From NCBI GenBank assembly GCA_004554105.1, contig SFNW01000001.1:1-52398 (forward strand): a stretch of 52,398 bases of DNA. Reading direction: 5' to 3'. The DNA comes from Clostridiales bacterium (GTDB lineage Bacteria > Bacillota > Clostridia > Oscillospirales > CAG-272). Made by a program: the position numbers and the translations under genes. Under the pieces are notes generated by a model, which was not told where the DNA came from, ran no database searches, and worked only from the letters and a program-made list of their open reading frames with translations. Shown in pieces: positions 8,075-17,800 of this stretch (within the stretch, counting starts at the first letter, position 1; every line of letters starts with the position of its first letter).

Positions 8075-8650
8075 TTACGCCTCGGCGGGAGCCTCAGCGG
8101 GAGCCTCGGGCGCACTCGCTGCAGCAAGCGTTCCGCAAACGACGTCGTCGCTGCCCTCGCCTGCCTTGTCGATGATCGCCTGGAGACCGAAGCACAGTCC
8201 GTACAGCGGGGACTGGAGCGAGCCGAGAACCTTGCCGACCAGCACTTCCTTGGAAGGCGTGTCCGCGAGTTCCTTGACGGTGTTTACATCGACGACAGCG
8301 CCGTCAATGAAACCTGCGCAAAACTCAAAGGTCTCAACCTTTTCAACGTACTCTTTCAGAATCTTCGCGGGAGCGATGGGGTCCTCCGCGCTGATTGCCA
8401 GCGCGGTCATGCCGTGAAGGTGTTCCTTCATGGCGCCGTAGCCGACCTCATCACAAGCTCTGCCCGTGATGGAATTCTTGATGACCGAGTACTCGACGCC
8501 CGCCGCTCTGAGAGCCGCGCGCATCTTGGTGTCGTCCTCAACGGTGATGCCCTCGTACTTAACCAGTACGCCGGACGCCGCGTTTCTGAGTTTTTCGGCA
8601 AGTGCTGCTACCGTTGCCTGCTTTGCTTCAAGAATCTTCTTGCTTGGCAT
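8075..8650 (-). CDS. rplJ: 50S ribosomal protein L10
   Basis: MPSKKILEAKQATVAALAEKLRNAASGVLVKYEGITVEDDTKMRAALRAAGVEY. It lies directly upstream of rplL and has a C-terminal EAPAEAPAEA tail. Confidence 0.95.
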   Translation of the reverse strand: MPSKKILEAKQATVAALAEKLRNAASGVLVKYEGITVEDDTKMRAALRAAGVEYSVIKNSITGRACDEVGYGAMKEHLHGMTALAISAEDPIAPAKILKEYVEKVETFEFCAGFIDGAVVDVNTVKELADTPSKEVLVGKVLGSLQSPLYGLCFGLQAIIDKAGEGSDDVVCGTLAAASAPEAPAEAPAEA

Positions 8651-8803
8651 AAGTATTTCACCTCCGTTTAAAATGATAAAAAAAGAATCTTTCTACGGTA
8701 AGACACAGATATACCGAAAGAAAGATTACAAAACATTCGTTTATAAGCATCCCTCGGCAGGAAAGCGCACGCGCTTTTACCGTAACCTGCTGTCTTAGGT
8801 AAC
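8651..8803 (-). promoter_or_regulatory. rplJ 5' UTR, likely ribosomal protein L10 leader (autoregulatory) with a terminator-like attenuator hairpin
   Basis: A roughly 150-nt leader runs from the consensus promoter to the SD. Arms at 8686..8694 and 8719..8727 (aatctttct/agaaagatt) are followed on the minus strand by CTTTTTTT. The family call rests on position and knowledge of L10 leaders in Firmicutes and was not tested with a covariance model. Confidence 0.5.
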
Positions 8804-8809
8804 AAGGGG

Positions 8810-8838
8810 ATTATAGCAGACCGAGCCGGACTTGTCAA
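8810..8838 (-). promoter_or_regulatory. Consensus sigma-A promoter of rplJL (TTGACA-17-TATAAT)
   Basis: Both hexamers are perfect and the spacer is 17 nt (read on the minus strand). Confidence 0.75.
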
Positions 8839-9053
8839 GGGTTTTTTGAAATTTTTTTCGGCGGGGGCGCAAGCCCGCGCCCTGCGCGTGCGAAACGGTT
8901 TTTGCGAAGCACGGGCGGACACGGAAAGCCTCTGCGGAATGTGCGATGATATGCAGGGCAAAGACAAGCGTTTTCTCCCTTTTCTTCAAAGTCCTTTGAA
9001 GGGGGAACGGGGGGAACTTTCGTACACGAAAGTTCCCCCCGCCTCTTCTTATT

Positions 9054-10040
9054 TTATTTCACTTTCAGTACAACCTTGCCGACATTCTCGCCGCGCTGAA
9101 GGATTGCGTGCGCTTCCTCCGCCTCGGTGATGGGCAGAATCTTGTAAATCGTCGGACGAACCTCGTCGCTTTCGACCTTGGGCCATACGTTTTCGACCAG
9201 CGTCGCCAGCAGCTTTGCCTTGAATTCGGGGCTCTTGGAACGCAGTGTGCTGCCGATCAGACGGACGTTGAGGACGTAGAGCTTCTTCAAATCGACCTCG
9301 GTAATATCGCCCGCGAGCGTGGCAATCATAATCCAGCGTCCGCCGTAGCGCATATACTGGAGGCACTTGCCCTGAATGCTGCCGCCGAGGCAGTCGATGG
9401 CGACGTCAATCGGGTGTCCCGCATCGCGCTCTTCCTCGAGCACCTTGAGAATGTCCTCTTTTCTCGAATTGACGATGCGGTCTGCGCCGAGGTGCTTGAT
9501 GCGGTCAATGACGCTGTCCTCGATAACCGTGGTGATGACCCGCGCGCCGAACGCCTTTGCCATCGGGATAATGACGCTGGCAAGTCCGCTTGCGCCCGCG
9601 TGCATCAGCAGCGTGTCGCCCGCCTTGAGTCCGCCCTCGATAAAGAGGTTGAGGTATGCGGTGGCAAACGCCTCGGGGATCGCCGACGCTTCCTCAAAGC
9701 TGAGGTTCTTCGGAATAGGCATCAGCATATCGTACTTGACATTGGCGTATTCGGCATAGCCGCCGCCGCCGAGCAGTGCGCAAACCCGGTCGCCGATCTT
9801 CCACGAGGACTTCTTCTTTGCCTCCTCGCCGAGTTCGACGATTACACCGGCGATTTCGAGTCCCATCCATTCGGGGCAGCCGGGCGGGGGCGGATAGTCG
9901 CCGGCGCGCTGCATCAGATCGGCGCGGTTCAGTGCCGCGGCGTGAATCTCAACGAGCGCGTCCTCGGGTCCCACAACGGGATTCGGTACGTCGGACCAGT
10001 GCAGCGCATTTGTCTGCTTGTCAATCAGAATTGCTTTCAT
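9054..10040 (-). CDS. NAD(P)H:quinone oxidoreductase / zeta-crystallin-type MDR dehydrogenase
   Basis: ALVEIHAAALNRADLMQRAGDYPPPPG, LLMHAGASGLASVIIPMAKAFGA (Rossmann fold), 328 aa. Confidence 0.85.
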   Translation of the reverse strand: MKAILIDKQTNALHWSDVPNPVVGPEDALVEIHAAALNRADLMQRAGDYPPPPGCPEWMGLEIAGVIVELGEEAKKKSSWKIGDRVCALLGGGGYAEYANVKYDMLMPIPKNLSFEEASAIPEAFATAYLNLFIEGGLKAGDTLLMHAGASGLASVIIPMAKAFGARVITTVIEDSVIDRIKHLGADRIVNSRKEDILKVLEEERDAGHPIDVAIDCLGGSIQGKCLQYMRYGGRWIMIATLAGDITEVDLKKLYVLNVRLIGSTLRSKSPEFKAKLLATLVENVWPKVESDEVRPTIYKILPITEAEEAHAILQRGENVGKVVLKVK

Positions 10041-10070
10041 AATGTTCTATTCCTTTCTTTGAGCGGGGGC

Positions 10071-11090
10071 TTACAGAAGGGTCGGTGTCTTGAAATCAAT
10101 GTCAAAGCCGCAAGCGGCAAGCACCATCTTCTGAAGCTGAAGCTCGTAATTGTGGTCGTAGGGATTTTCCTTTTCGCCGCGAATGTAGGCAGCAAAATCT
10201 TTCAACATCACGTCGTAGCGTCCGGTCGGCTTCTGGAACGGAATCTCCGCCTTAACGTCGTTGTAGGCATTGGTGCCGGTCATGCGGCGGTCGGAGAAGG
10301 TCATCTTAATCGGGTTTTCGAGCGGTTTGATCTCGACCGAGCCCTCTCTGCCGCAGACGACAAGCTGACGGCGGCCGTAGCCGTTGACCTCGGTCGAATT
10401 GACGCGGACCGTCGCGACGAACTTGGGATATTTCAGCACCGCAAAGGTGTTGTCGAGGACATTGTCCATGATGAAATCCGAGTGGTTGTTCATCGGAACA
10501 ATCTCGTCGGGAATGCCCGCAACGCGGTAGATGAGGTCGATGAGGTGGCAGCCGAGCCAGAACATATTGCCGCCCTTGAAGTTGGAGAGCAGGCGGTTGA
10601 CGCGCAAATCATGCTGTGTGCTCATCTGGGCGTCGATTGCCGTAATCTCGCCGATTCTGCCGTCCTTGATGAGGTCGTGCAGATACAAAACGGCGGGGTT
10701 GTAGCGATACATATAGCCGAGCTGAACGACGAGATTCTTGCGCTTGGCGTCGCGCAGCAGCTTTTCGTAGGCGGCGATATCCTCTCCGCCCGGCTTGTCG
10801 AGGTGAACGTGCACGCCGTGGTCGACGCAGCGCTGCGCCGCCGCGACGCTGTCCAGCTCAAAGCCCTCGCAGAGCACGGCGTCAAGCCCGGGGACGGCGA
10901 ACAGTTCCTCTTCGGTCATGACCGGCACATCGCCGTAGACCTTGTCATTTTTGATTTTTTCGGCAACCTCTTTCGATTCGGGAACGATGCCGACGATTTC
11001 AAACAGCTCGGGGAACTTCTTCGCGCCCTCGAGCTTGGCACGGCTGTGGTCGTGCCGCGTGCCGATGTGACCGAGTTTGATCTTTTCCAT
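10071..11090 (-). CDS. Gfo/Idh/MocA family oxidoreductase
   Basis: The N-terminal Rossmann segment KLGHIGTRHDHS and the HVHLDKPGG (EKP-like) motif are present. 339 aa. Confidence 0.85.
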   Translation of the reverse strand: MEKIKLGHIGTRHDHSRAKLEGAKKFPELFEIVGIVPESKEVAEKIKNDKVYGDVPVMTEEELFAVPGLDAVLCEGFELDSVAAAQRCVDHGVHVHLDKPGGEDIAAYEKLLRDAKRKNLVVQLGYMYRYNPAVLYLHDLIKDGRIGEITAIDAQMSTQHDLRVNRLLSNFKGGNMFWLGCHLIDLIYRVAGIPDEIVPMNNHSDFIMDNVLDNTFAVLKYPKFVATVRVNSTEVNGYGRRQLVVCGREGSVEIKPLENPIKMTFSDRRMTGTNAYNDVKAEIPFQKPTGRYDVMLKDFAAYIRGEKENPYDHNYELQLQKMVLAACGFDIDFKTPTLL

Positions 11091-11105
11091 ATCGTACAGC
11101 CCTCC

Positions 11106-12131
11106 TCAGTCAATCTTCGACCAGTCAAACTGGACGACGAGCGGGAAATTTTTGTCGTTGACGAGGCGGGTGTAGACCTCGGGCGCTTCGGCGGGCGAAT
11201 GCGTCTCGGCAATCATGTCCGTAAAGTGCAGTCTGCCGCCGATGAGCAGCTTGAAAATGCCGTACAGCTCGTCGTCATAGCACCAGTATCCGGGCGAGGA
11301 CTCGGCGTTCGGACGCGCGACGGTGTGTGCGCCGACCAGCGTAATGCCCGGGAAGTGTATCTTTCTGTAGTAGTCGATGGTGAAGTCGGAATTTCTCGTG
11401 CAGCCGAGCAGCGAAACGCGGCCGAACTTTGCCATGCAGTCGAGCACCTGGTCAAGTGCCTTGCCGTTGCCGGTGACCTCGACGGCGACGTTGACGCCCT
11501 TGCCGTCGGTGACCTTCTTTACGTTCTCGACGAAGTCGGGCGCAAAGGGGTCAAAGGTGTAGTCCGCACCCATCTTCTTTGCATAGTCGCGACGCTCGGC
11601 AATCGGGTCGACCGCAATGACCGGCGCGCAGCCTGCCGCGCGGCAGAACTGCACCGCAAGCTGTCCGAGCAGCCCGAGACCCATGACGATTGCGCTCTCG
11701 CCGAATTCGGGGCGCGTCTTGCGCAGACCCGCCGCGGGGAAGGTCGCGATGACCGACATGGCGGCTTCCTCAAAGGAGACGCCGTCGGGAATCTTGATGG
11801 CCTTCTTCTCGTTGACGAGGCTGTATTTGGTATGTACGCCGAAGCAGACGACAACGCGGTCGCCGACCTTCACGCGGGTGACGCGCTCGCCGACCTTGAT
11901 GACCGTGCCTGCCGCGCTGTAGCCGAGCTTGCGCGGGAAGCCGTGCGTGTGCGCCGCGTCTTTCGCGGGGGAAATGTTCATGTCGCCGATGATGTTGGCG
12001 CGCTCGGTGCCGGGGCTGATGGTGGAAAACGCCACATCGACCAGCACGTCGAATTCGCCGGGTTCTCTCGTCGGTACGTCGACGAGCTCTGCCGTGTTCG
12101 GCGCGGTAAAGATAATCTGCTTGTTGCTCAT
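11106..12131 (-). CDS. Zinc-binding (MDR) alcohol/polyol dehydrogenase family protein
   Basis: FSTISPGTE, GYSAAGTVIKVGERVTRVKVGDRV and VMGLGLLGQLAVQFCRAAG are present. 341 aa. It is the first gene of a three-gene minus-strand operon. Confidence 0.85.
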   Translation of the reverse strand: MSNKQIIFTAPNTAELVDVPTREPGEFDVLVDVAFSTISPGTERANIIGDMNISPAKDAAHTHGFPRKLGYSAAGTVIKVGERVTRVKVGDRVVVCFGVHTKYSLVNEKKAIKIPDGVSFEEAAMSVIATFPAAGLRKTRPEFGESAIVMGLGLLGQLAVQFCRAAGCAPVIAVDPIAERRDYAKKMGADYTFDPFAPDFVENVKKVTDGKGVNVAVEVTGNGKALDQVLDCMAKFGRVSLLGCTRNSDFTIDYYRKIHFPGITLVGAHTVARPNAESSPGYWCYDDELYGIFKLLIGGRLHFTDMIAETHSPAEAPEVYTRLVNDKNFPLVVQFDWSKID

Positions 12132-12496
12132 GGTTTCACTCTCCTTGCCGTGTTCGGCGGCTCTCTCACCTGCCGCCTGTTCTCTCTCGAATCAATTATA
12201 TCGCCGCACGGCAAAGAATGTCAAGGTCGAGTGAAGAAATTTACTGCGTTTTCCGTGCAAAAAAGCATTTATTTTTTTCGAATTTTCGCACAAAACTTGC
12301 ACGGTTGTTTGATTTTTCTCAAGAGGTTTGCCTTTTCTGCCATGAGGCGAAGTGCAAAAAATTAAACAAAAAATCCGCGATTTCCGCGTTCTCGCCCGTG
12401 CGCTCTGCCTTGTGCGCTCGTGTAAAAAATTCTGTAGTATCGTTTTGCGTAAAAATACAAATTTGCAGGCGGCGGGAATCGCGGGAAGAGAAGCGG

Positions 12497-12575
12497 CGGG
12501 GCGCCGCCCCGCGCCCCGCTCAAGGTGCTTTTTGTAAAAAGCACCTTGAGAATCCGCAAAAACTTTTTAAGAAGA
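12497..12575. repeat. Intergenic hairpin repeat, family A (copy 2)
   Basis: Same module as 7022..7100, including the caaggtgctttttgtaaaaagcaccttg palindrome and the gaatccgcaaaaac tail. Confidence 0.8.
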
Positions 12576-12654
12576 AGAAATACGGTGCGTTGCGGTGCGC
12601 CGTGCGCCCGGTTTCAACAAAAATGCGAAAACCCTTATGCAAACGCAAACCCGG

Positions 12655-12699
12655 CCTCCCTCTCCGAGGGAGGTGTCGGCGAAGCCGACGGAAGGAGTT
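12655..12699. repeat. Intergenic hairpin repeat, family B (copy 1)
   Basis: cctccctctccgagggaggtgtcggcgaagccgacggaaggagtt. The second copy lies at 25012..25060. Confidence 0.8.
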
Positions 12700-12862
12700 C
12701 CCGCGAATTTGCGCGGGATTTCATTAAAATACGAAAACCGCCTTTCGGCGGTTTTCAACCTTTTCGATTAGGTCATGCCCGAACACTTCACGCGCCGAGG
12801 CGCACTTCACGGCGAAGCCGCTTCGCGTTCCCCAGAGGGGAATGCTTCACTTCTTGTGCGCC

Positions 12863-12917
12863 GCGCGATTTTTTCGCGCAGCTCGCTGCGCCAATAAAAA
12901 TTGTGTGGGACGAGGCG
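12863..12917. repeat. 55-nt direct repeat (copy 1) in the 1.1-kb non-coding mosaic
   Basis: gcgcgattttttcgcgcagctcgctgcgccaataaaaattgtgtgggacgaggcg. It recurs at 13042..13096 with a few substitutions. Confidence 0.8.
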
Positions 12918-13041
12918 CACCGCGAACCTAAAGGTTCGCCTGGAGTTTTTCTTCGTCGGCAGCACGCCGCCGATTTCGCTTTGCGAAACCGAAAAACTCC
13001 CCATCCTTTGAGCAAGGCGTGCCGAGGAGCAACGAAGTATC

Positions 13042-13096
13042 GCGCGATTTTTTCGCGCAGCTTGCTGCGCGAATAAAAATTGTGCGGGGCAAGGCG
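13042..13096. repeat. 55-nt direct repeat (copy 2)
   Basis: gcgcgattttttcgcgcagcttgctgcgcgaataaaaattgtgcggggcaaggcg. Confidence 0.8.
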
Positions 13097-13239
13097 TACC
13101 GCAGACTGCGGACGAAGCCGACCGCGGGGTCGGCGAGGTCGCAGGCGAGGAACAACGAAGCCCTGTGCGATTTTTATCGCGCAGGGCTTGCAATCGGCAG
13201 GGCTTTTTGCTAATATATATCTAAGGAAGTTTGTCGGCG

Positions 13240-13863
13240 CTACAGCAGTTCGAGCCGCACGTCGGGCGCAAGGGCATACCCCTCGCCGCGCAGGGCGCGG
13301 ATCACCTCGCCGCGGCAGACCGACGCAAGTTTTTTGCGCAGATAGCAGGCGTACACGTCAACGACGTTGCCCTCTGCGTGCGCAAACAGCGCGGCGGCAC
13401 GCTCGCGTGACAGAGCGCCGCCCTCTCCGAGTGCCGCAAGCAGTGCGCATTCGCGCGCCGACAGGCGCACCTCGCCCTCTGCGCCCGAAACCTTTCGCGC
13501 CGCGCGTTCGAGCAGCAGCCGCCGCTCTCCCGTCTCCTGCACGGGCGCAAGCCGCAAAGAAATCTGCGCACGAAACAGCTCCAAATCGAGCGGTCGCTGC
13601 AAAAACAGCGGCTCATCGCCGGCAGTTTGCGCAAGCCGGTGCGCGGCACGCAAGGTCTCCGCCTCGCGGGCAATGCAGATGCTCCCCGCCGAAAGGCCGG
13701 CAGGCACTGCAAAATCCAAGTCACACACGGTCAGCCGCGCGTCTGCGTCGACCGTGCCGTACCCCGCCGAAAATCCCGCCGCCCGCGCTTCAAGCGCGAG
13801 CGCGCGTCCGAGCCGCGCATCGTTTGTGCGGATATAGACGTCGATGTTAACCGCCCCTTTCAT
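13240..13863 (-). CDS. OmpR/PhoB-type winged-helix regulator with a degenerate receiver-like N-domain
   Basis: The C-terminus (LSARECALLAALGEGGALSRERAAALF...VVDVYACYLRKKL...IRALRGEGYAL) matches Trans_reg_C. The N-domain lacks the usual acidic DD pocket. No kinase gene is adjacent. Confidence 0.7.
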   Translation of the reverse strand: MKGAVNIDVYIRTNDARLGRALALEARAAGFSAGYGTVDADARLTVCDLDFAVPAGLSAGSICIAREAETLRAAHRLAQTAGDEPLFLQRPLDLELFRAQISLRLAPVQETGERRLLLERAARKVSGAEGEVRLSARECALLAALGEGGALSRERAAALFAHAEGNVVDVYACYLRKKLASVCRGEVIRALRGEGYALAPDVRLELL

Positions 13864-13924
13864 TTGGCACTCTCTTTTCTATCAGTTTAATGCTTTTTGC
13901 TGTCCTTGTCAAGGAGGTTCGCTT

Positions 13925-14749
13925 ATGGAAAAAATCATCACATTGCCCGAAGAAGCCGATGAAGCGCGCGAGCGGCTGCCCATCGTGCCGGTCGCGTTCG
14001 GCAGCGGAGACAAATTCCCCGCAGCCGAGGAAGCGCACCTGCTCCTTTCGGTCAGGGAGGGCGGCTTCACCTACACCGACGACGCAGGCGAGGAAACCGT
14101 CGACCGCGGGCAAATGCTGTTCGTCCGACGCGGAAATTCACTCGCCGAGCTGCAAAAGAGCGACGGTTTCGACTGTGAATTTGTCCTGTTTGAAGCGTCG
14201 GAGGACTTCCTCTGCCACCTCGAGCTGCCCGACGTCGCCGTCGGCGAGGTCGGCGAGGGCTGCGGGCTGACGACGGTCGCCAAAATGAGTGCCTACGCGC
14301 TCGAATACTACCACGACTGCCTGAAAATCTGCGCGGCGGTCTATTCCTCACTGGCGAAAATCGCGCGCGACCGCATGATTTCACAGCTGGAACGCTTTGA
14401 CAACCTTGCCGAGCGGCTCTCGCCCGCCCTGCTCCAAATCGAGCAGCGGTACGGCGAGGCGCTGACCGTCCCGATGCTGGCGCACGCCTGCGCCATGGGC
14501 GAAAGCCACTTTGCGCGCGTGTTCAAGCAGGTCTACGGCTGCTCGCCGATCCGCTACCTGATTCGCGTGCGCATCGAAAAGGCAAAGGCACTGCTCGCCG
14601 ACACCGACCTCCCCTTTGAGGAGATTGCCAAGCAGTGCGGCTTCGGCACGACGAAATACTTCGGCGACGTCTTAAAAAAGCACGAGCACGTCTCGCCGCG
14701 CGAGCTGCGCGCGATGTACCGCAGCATGACGCAGGTCAGCTTTTTCTGA
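13925..14749 (+). CDS. AraC family transcriptional regulator
   Basis: The ATG at 13925 lies 7 nt after AAGGAGG. The C-terminal HTH_18 region reads LAHACAMGESHFARVFKQVYGCSPIRYLIRVRIEKAKALLADTDLPFEEIAKQCGFGTTKYF. Confidence 0.9.
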   Translation: MEKIITLPEEADEARERLPIVPVAFGSGDKFPAAEEAHLLLSVREGGFTYTDDAGEETVDRGQMLFVRRGNSLAELQKSDGFDCEFVLFEASEDFLCHLELPDVAVGEVGEGCGLTTVAKMSAYALEYYHDCLKICAAVYSSLAKIARDRMISQLERFDNLAERLSPALLQIEQRYGEALTVPMLAHACAMGESHFARVFKQVYGCSPIRYLIRVRIEKAKALLADTDLPFEEIAKQCGFGTTKYFGDVLKKHEHVSPRELRAMYRSMTQVSFF

Positions 14750-14807
14750 TTTGCCTGAAAATGCGCGTTCTTCCGCGGATTTTCTGCAAAAAAAGCGTCA
14801 TTATCCC

Positions 14808-14836
14808 TTTACAACGACACGCGCAAATGCTATAAT
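14808..14836 (+). promoter_or_regulatory. Sigma-A promoter of the PFOR gene (TTTACA-17-TATAAT)
   Basis: Hexamers read directly from the sequence. The 5' UTR before GGAGG-ATG is about 50 nt. Confidence 0.6.
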
Positions 14837-14892
14837 ATTAGACTGGAGTACAACTAAAAATACAATAAATTTTTTTCGGAGGTATATTCCAA

Positions 14893-17800
14893 ATGGCAAG
14901 ACAAAAACTTTCCATGGATGGCAACACTGCCGCGGCGCACGTAAGCTATGCGTTTACCGAAGTCGCAGGCATTTACCCCATCACCCCCTCCAGCCCTATG
15001 GCAGACTATGTCGACCAGTGGTCGGCGTCGGGCAAGAACATTCTCGGCAAGCCCGCGCTGAACATCTTCGGCACGCCCGTCAAGGTCATGGAGATGCAGT
15101 CTGAGGCAGGTGCGGCAGGCACCGTTCACGGCAGCCTTGCTGCCGGTGCGATGACCACCACCTACACCGCTTCTCAGGGTCTGCTTCTGATGATCCCGAA
15201 TATGTACAAGATCGCGGGCGAGCTGCTCCCCTGCGTCTTCCACGTATCGGCACGCTGCGTCGCGTCCCACGCGCTGAACATCTTCGGCGACCACTCGGAC
15301 GTTTACGCCTGCCGCCAGACCGGCTTTGCAATGCTGGCTGAGACCAACCCGCAGGAAGTTATGGACCTCTCCGCCGTCGCACACCTCGCGACGATCAAGG
15401 GCAGAGTTCCGTTCCTCAACTTCTTCGACGGCTTCCGCACCTCGCACGAGATTCAGAAGATCGAGGTCTGGGACTTCGACGACCTGAAGGAGCTGACCGA
15501 TATGGACGCCGTTGCGGCATTCCGCGCGCGTTCCATCAACCCCGAGCACCCGGTTCTCCGCGGCTCGGCTGAAAACGGCGATATCTTCTTCCAGCACAGA
15601 GAGGCCTGCAACAAGTACTACGAGGCGCTTCCCGCAATCGTCGAGGAGTACATGGACAAGGTCAACGCGAAGATCGGCACCGACTACAAACTCTTCAACT
15701 ACTACGGCGCACCCGACGCCGACCGCGTCATCGTTGCGATGGGCTCGGTCTGCGACGTCGCCGAGGAAGTCATCGACTACCTGACCGCCAAGGGCGAGAA
15801 GGTCGGTCTTGTTAAGGTCAGACTCTACAGACCCTTCTGCGCAGACAGACTCGCAGCGGCTCTGCCGAAGACGGTCAAGAAGATTGCCGTTCTCGACAGA
15901 ACGAAGGAGCCCGGCTCGCTCGGCGAACCGCTCTACCTCGATGTTGTCGCAGCACTGGAGCGCGAGGGCGTCAAGGCACAGGTCGTCGGCGGACGCTACG
16001 GTCTCGGCTCGAAGGACACCACCCCCGCAAGCATCTTCGCGGTTTACGACAACCTCGCGAAGGAGCAGCCGAAGGGCGACTTCACCATCGGCATCGTCGA
16101 TGATGTAACCGGTCACTCGCTCGAGGAGAAGCCCGCACCGAACACCGCGCCCGAAGGCACGATTTCCTGCAAGTTCTGGGGTCTCGGCGGCGACGGTACG
16201 GTCGGCGCAAACAAGAACTCCATCAAGATTATCGGCGACCACACCGACAAGTACATTCAGGCGTACTTCCAGTACGACTCCAAGAAGACCGGCGGCGTCA
16301 CGATTTCGCACCTGCGTTTCGGCGACAAGCCCATCAAGTCTCCTTACTACATCAACAAGGCAAACTTCGTTGCCTGCCACAACTCGTCCTACATTCTGAA
16401 GGGCTACAAGATTGTCGAGGACGTTATCCCCGGCGGCACCTTCATGCTGGACTGCCAGTGGACGCCCGAGGAGCTTGACGCGCACCTGCCCGCATCGGTC
16501 AAGTCCTACATTGCAAAGAACAACATCAAGTTCTACATCATCAACGCAACCTCGATTGCCGCAAAGGACATCGGCAACGCAAAGGTTAAGAATACGGTGC
16601 TGCAGTCCGCATTCTTCGCACTCGCCAATATCCTGCCGAAGGACGAAGCGGTTGAGTACATGAAGAAGATGGCGTACAAGTCCTATATCAAGAAGGGACA
16701 GGCGATGGTTGACCTCAACTACAAGGCAATCGAAGCCGGCGCAAACGCCATGGTCGAGGTTAAGGTTCCCGAGGCTTGGAAGACCATTGAAGTCAAGCCC
16801 GTCGAGAGCGCCGTCACCGGCACCCGCCCCGAGCTTGTCAAGTTCGTCAAAGAGGTTGTTGAGCCCGTCTCCAAGATGGACGGCGACTCGCTGCCCGTTT
16901 CGGCGTTCATGGACTACGTCGACGGTACCCTCCCGCAGGGTGCTGCTGCCTACGAGAAGCGCGGCGTCGCCGTCAATGTTCCCGTATGGCACCCCGAAAA
17001 CTGCATTCAGTGTAACAGCTGCGCATTCGTCTGCCCGCACGCCGCTATCCGTCCGTTCGCAATGACCGAGGAAGAGGCTGCAAAGGCACCCGCGCAGACC
17101 AAGTTCACCGAGAAGCCGGTCGCAAAGACCCCCTACAAGTTCACCATGGCGATCTCGCCGATGGACTGCATGGGCTGCACGCTCTGCGTCAAGGCTTGCC
17201 CCGTTTCGAACAAGGCGCTGGCAAACAACACGCCCGAGAAGGTCGCTATCGAGATGACCTCGCAGAGCAGCCAGCTCGACCAGCAGGCTCCGTTCGACTA
17301 CGCAGTCGCAAATGTCGCCGAGAAGCCCGAGCTGATCAACACCACCATCAAGGGAAGCCAGTTCAAGCAACCGCTGCTTGAGTTCTCCGGCTCCTGCGCA
17401 GGCTGCGCCGAGACCTCTTACGCAAGACTGATCACCCAGCTCTTCGGCGAGAGAATGTACATCTCGAACGCAACCGGCTGCTCCTCGATTTGGGGCGGTT
17501 CCGCACCGGCTACGCCTTACACGGTCAACCGCGAGAGCGGCAGAGGTCCCGCATGGGCAAACTCGCTGTTCGAGGATAACGCCGAGCACGGTCTCGGTAT
17601 GGCACTCGGTCAGAAGGCAATCCGCACGAAGTTGATTGACCTCGTCCGCGAACTTGCCGAAAAGACCACCGACGAAGCGAAGAAGGCGGCTGCCGAGAAG
17701 TATCTCGAAACCGTCGACGACGGTCCGAAGAACGAAGTAGCAACCAAGGAACTTGTCGCTCTGCTCGAAGCAGATCCCTGCTGCGACCTCGCAAAGCAGA

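Noticed and set aside
9108-12365. 1085-aa plus-strand ORF spanning three minus-strand genes
   Set aside because: It is antisense to three well-supported dehydrogenase genes. The translation is Arg/Ala/Gly/Val-rich with no recognisable motifs. This is a typical high-GC shadow ORF.
12780-13200. Possible CRISPR array suggested by repeated ~55-nt units
   Set aside because: There are only two copies, and the ~125-nt intervening sequence is itself built of other palindromes. The repeats are not of uniform length or spacing, and no cas genes are in the window.
13080-13850. 256-aa Arg/Ala/Pro-rich plus-strand ORF
   Set aside because: It is antisense to the OmpR-like regulator and extends into the repeat mosaic. 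Its composition is extremely biased and there is no SD.
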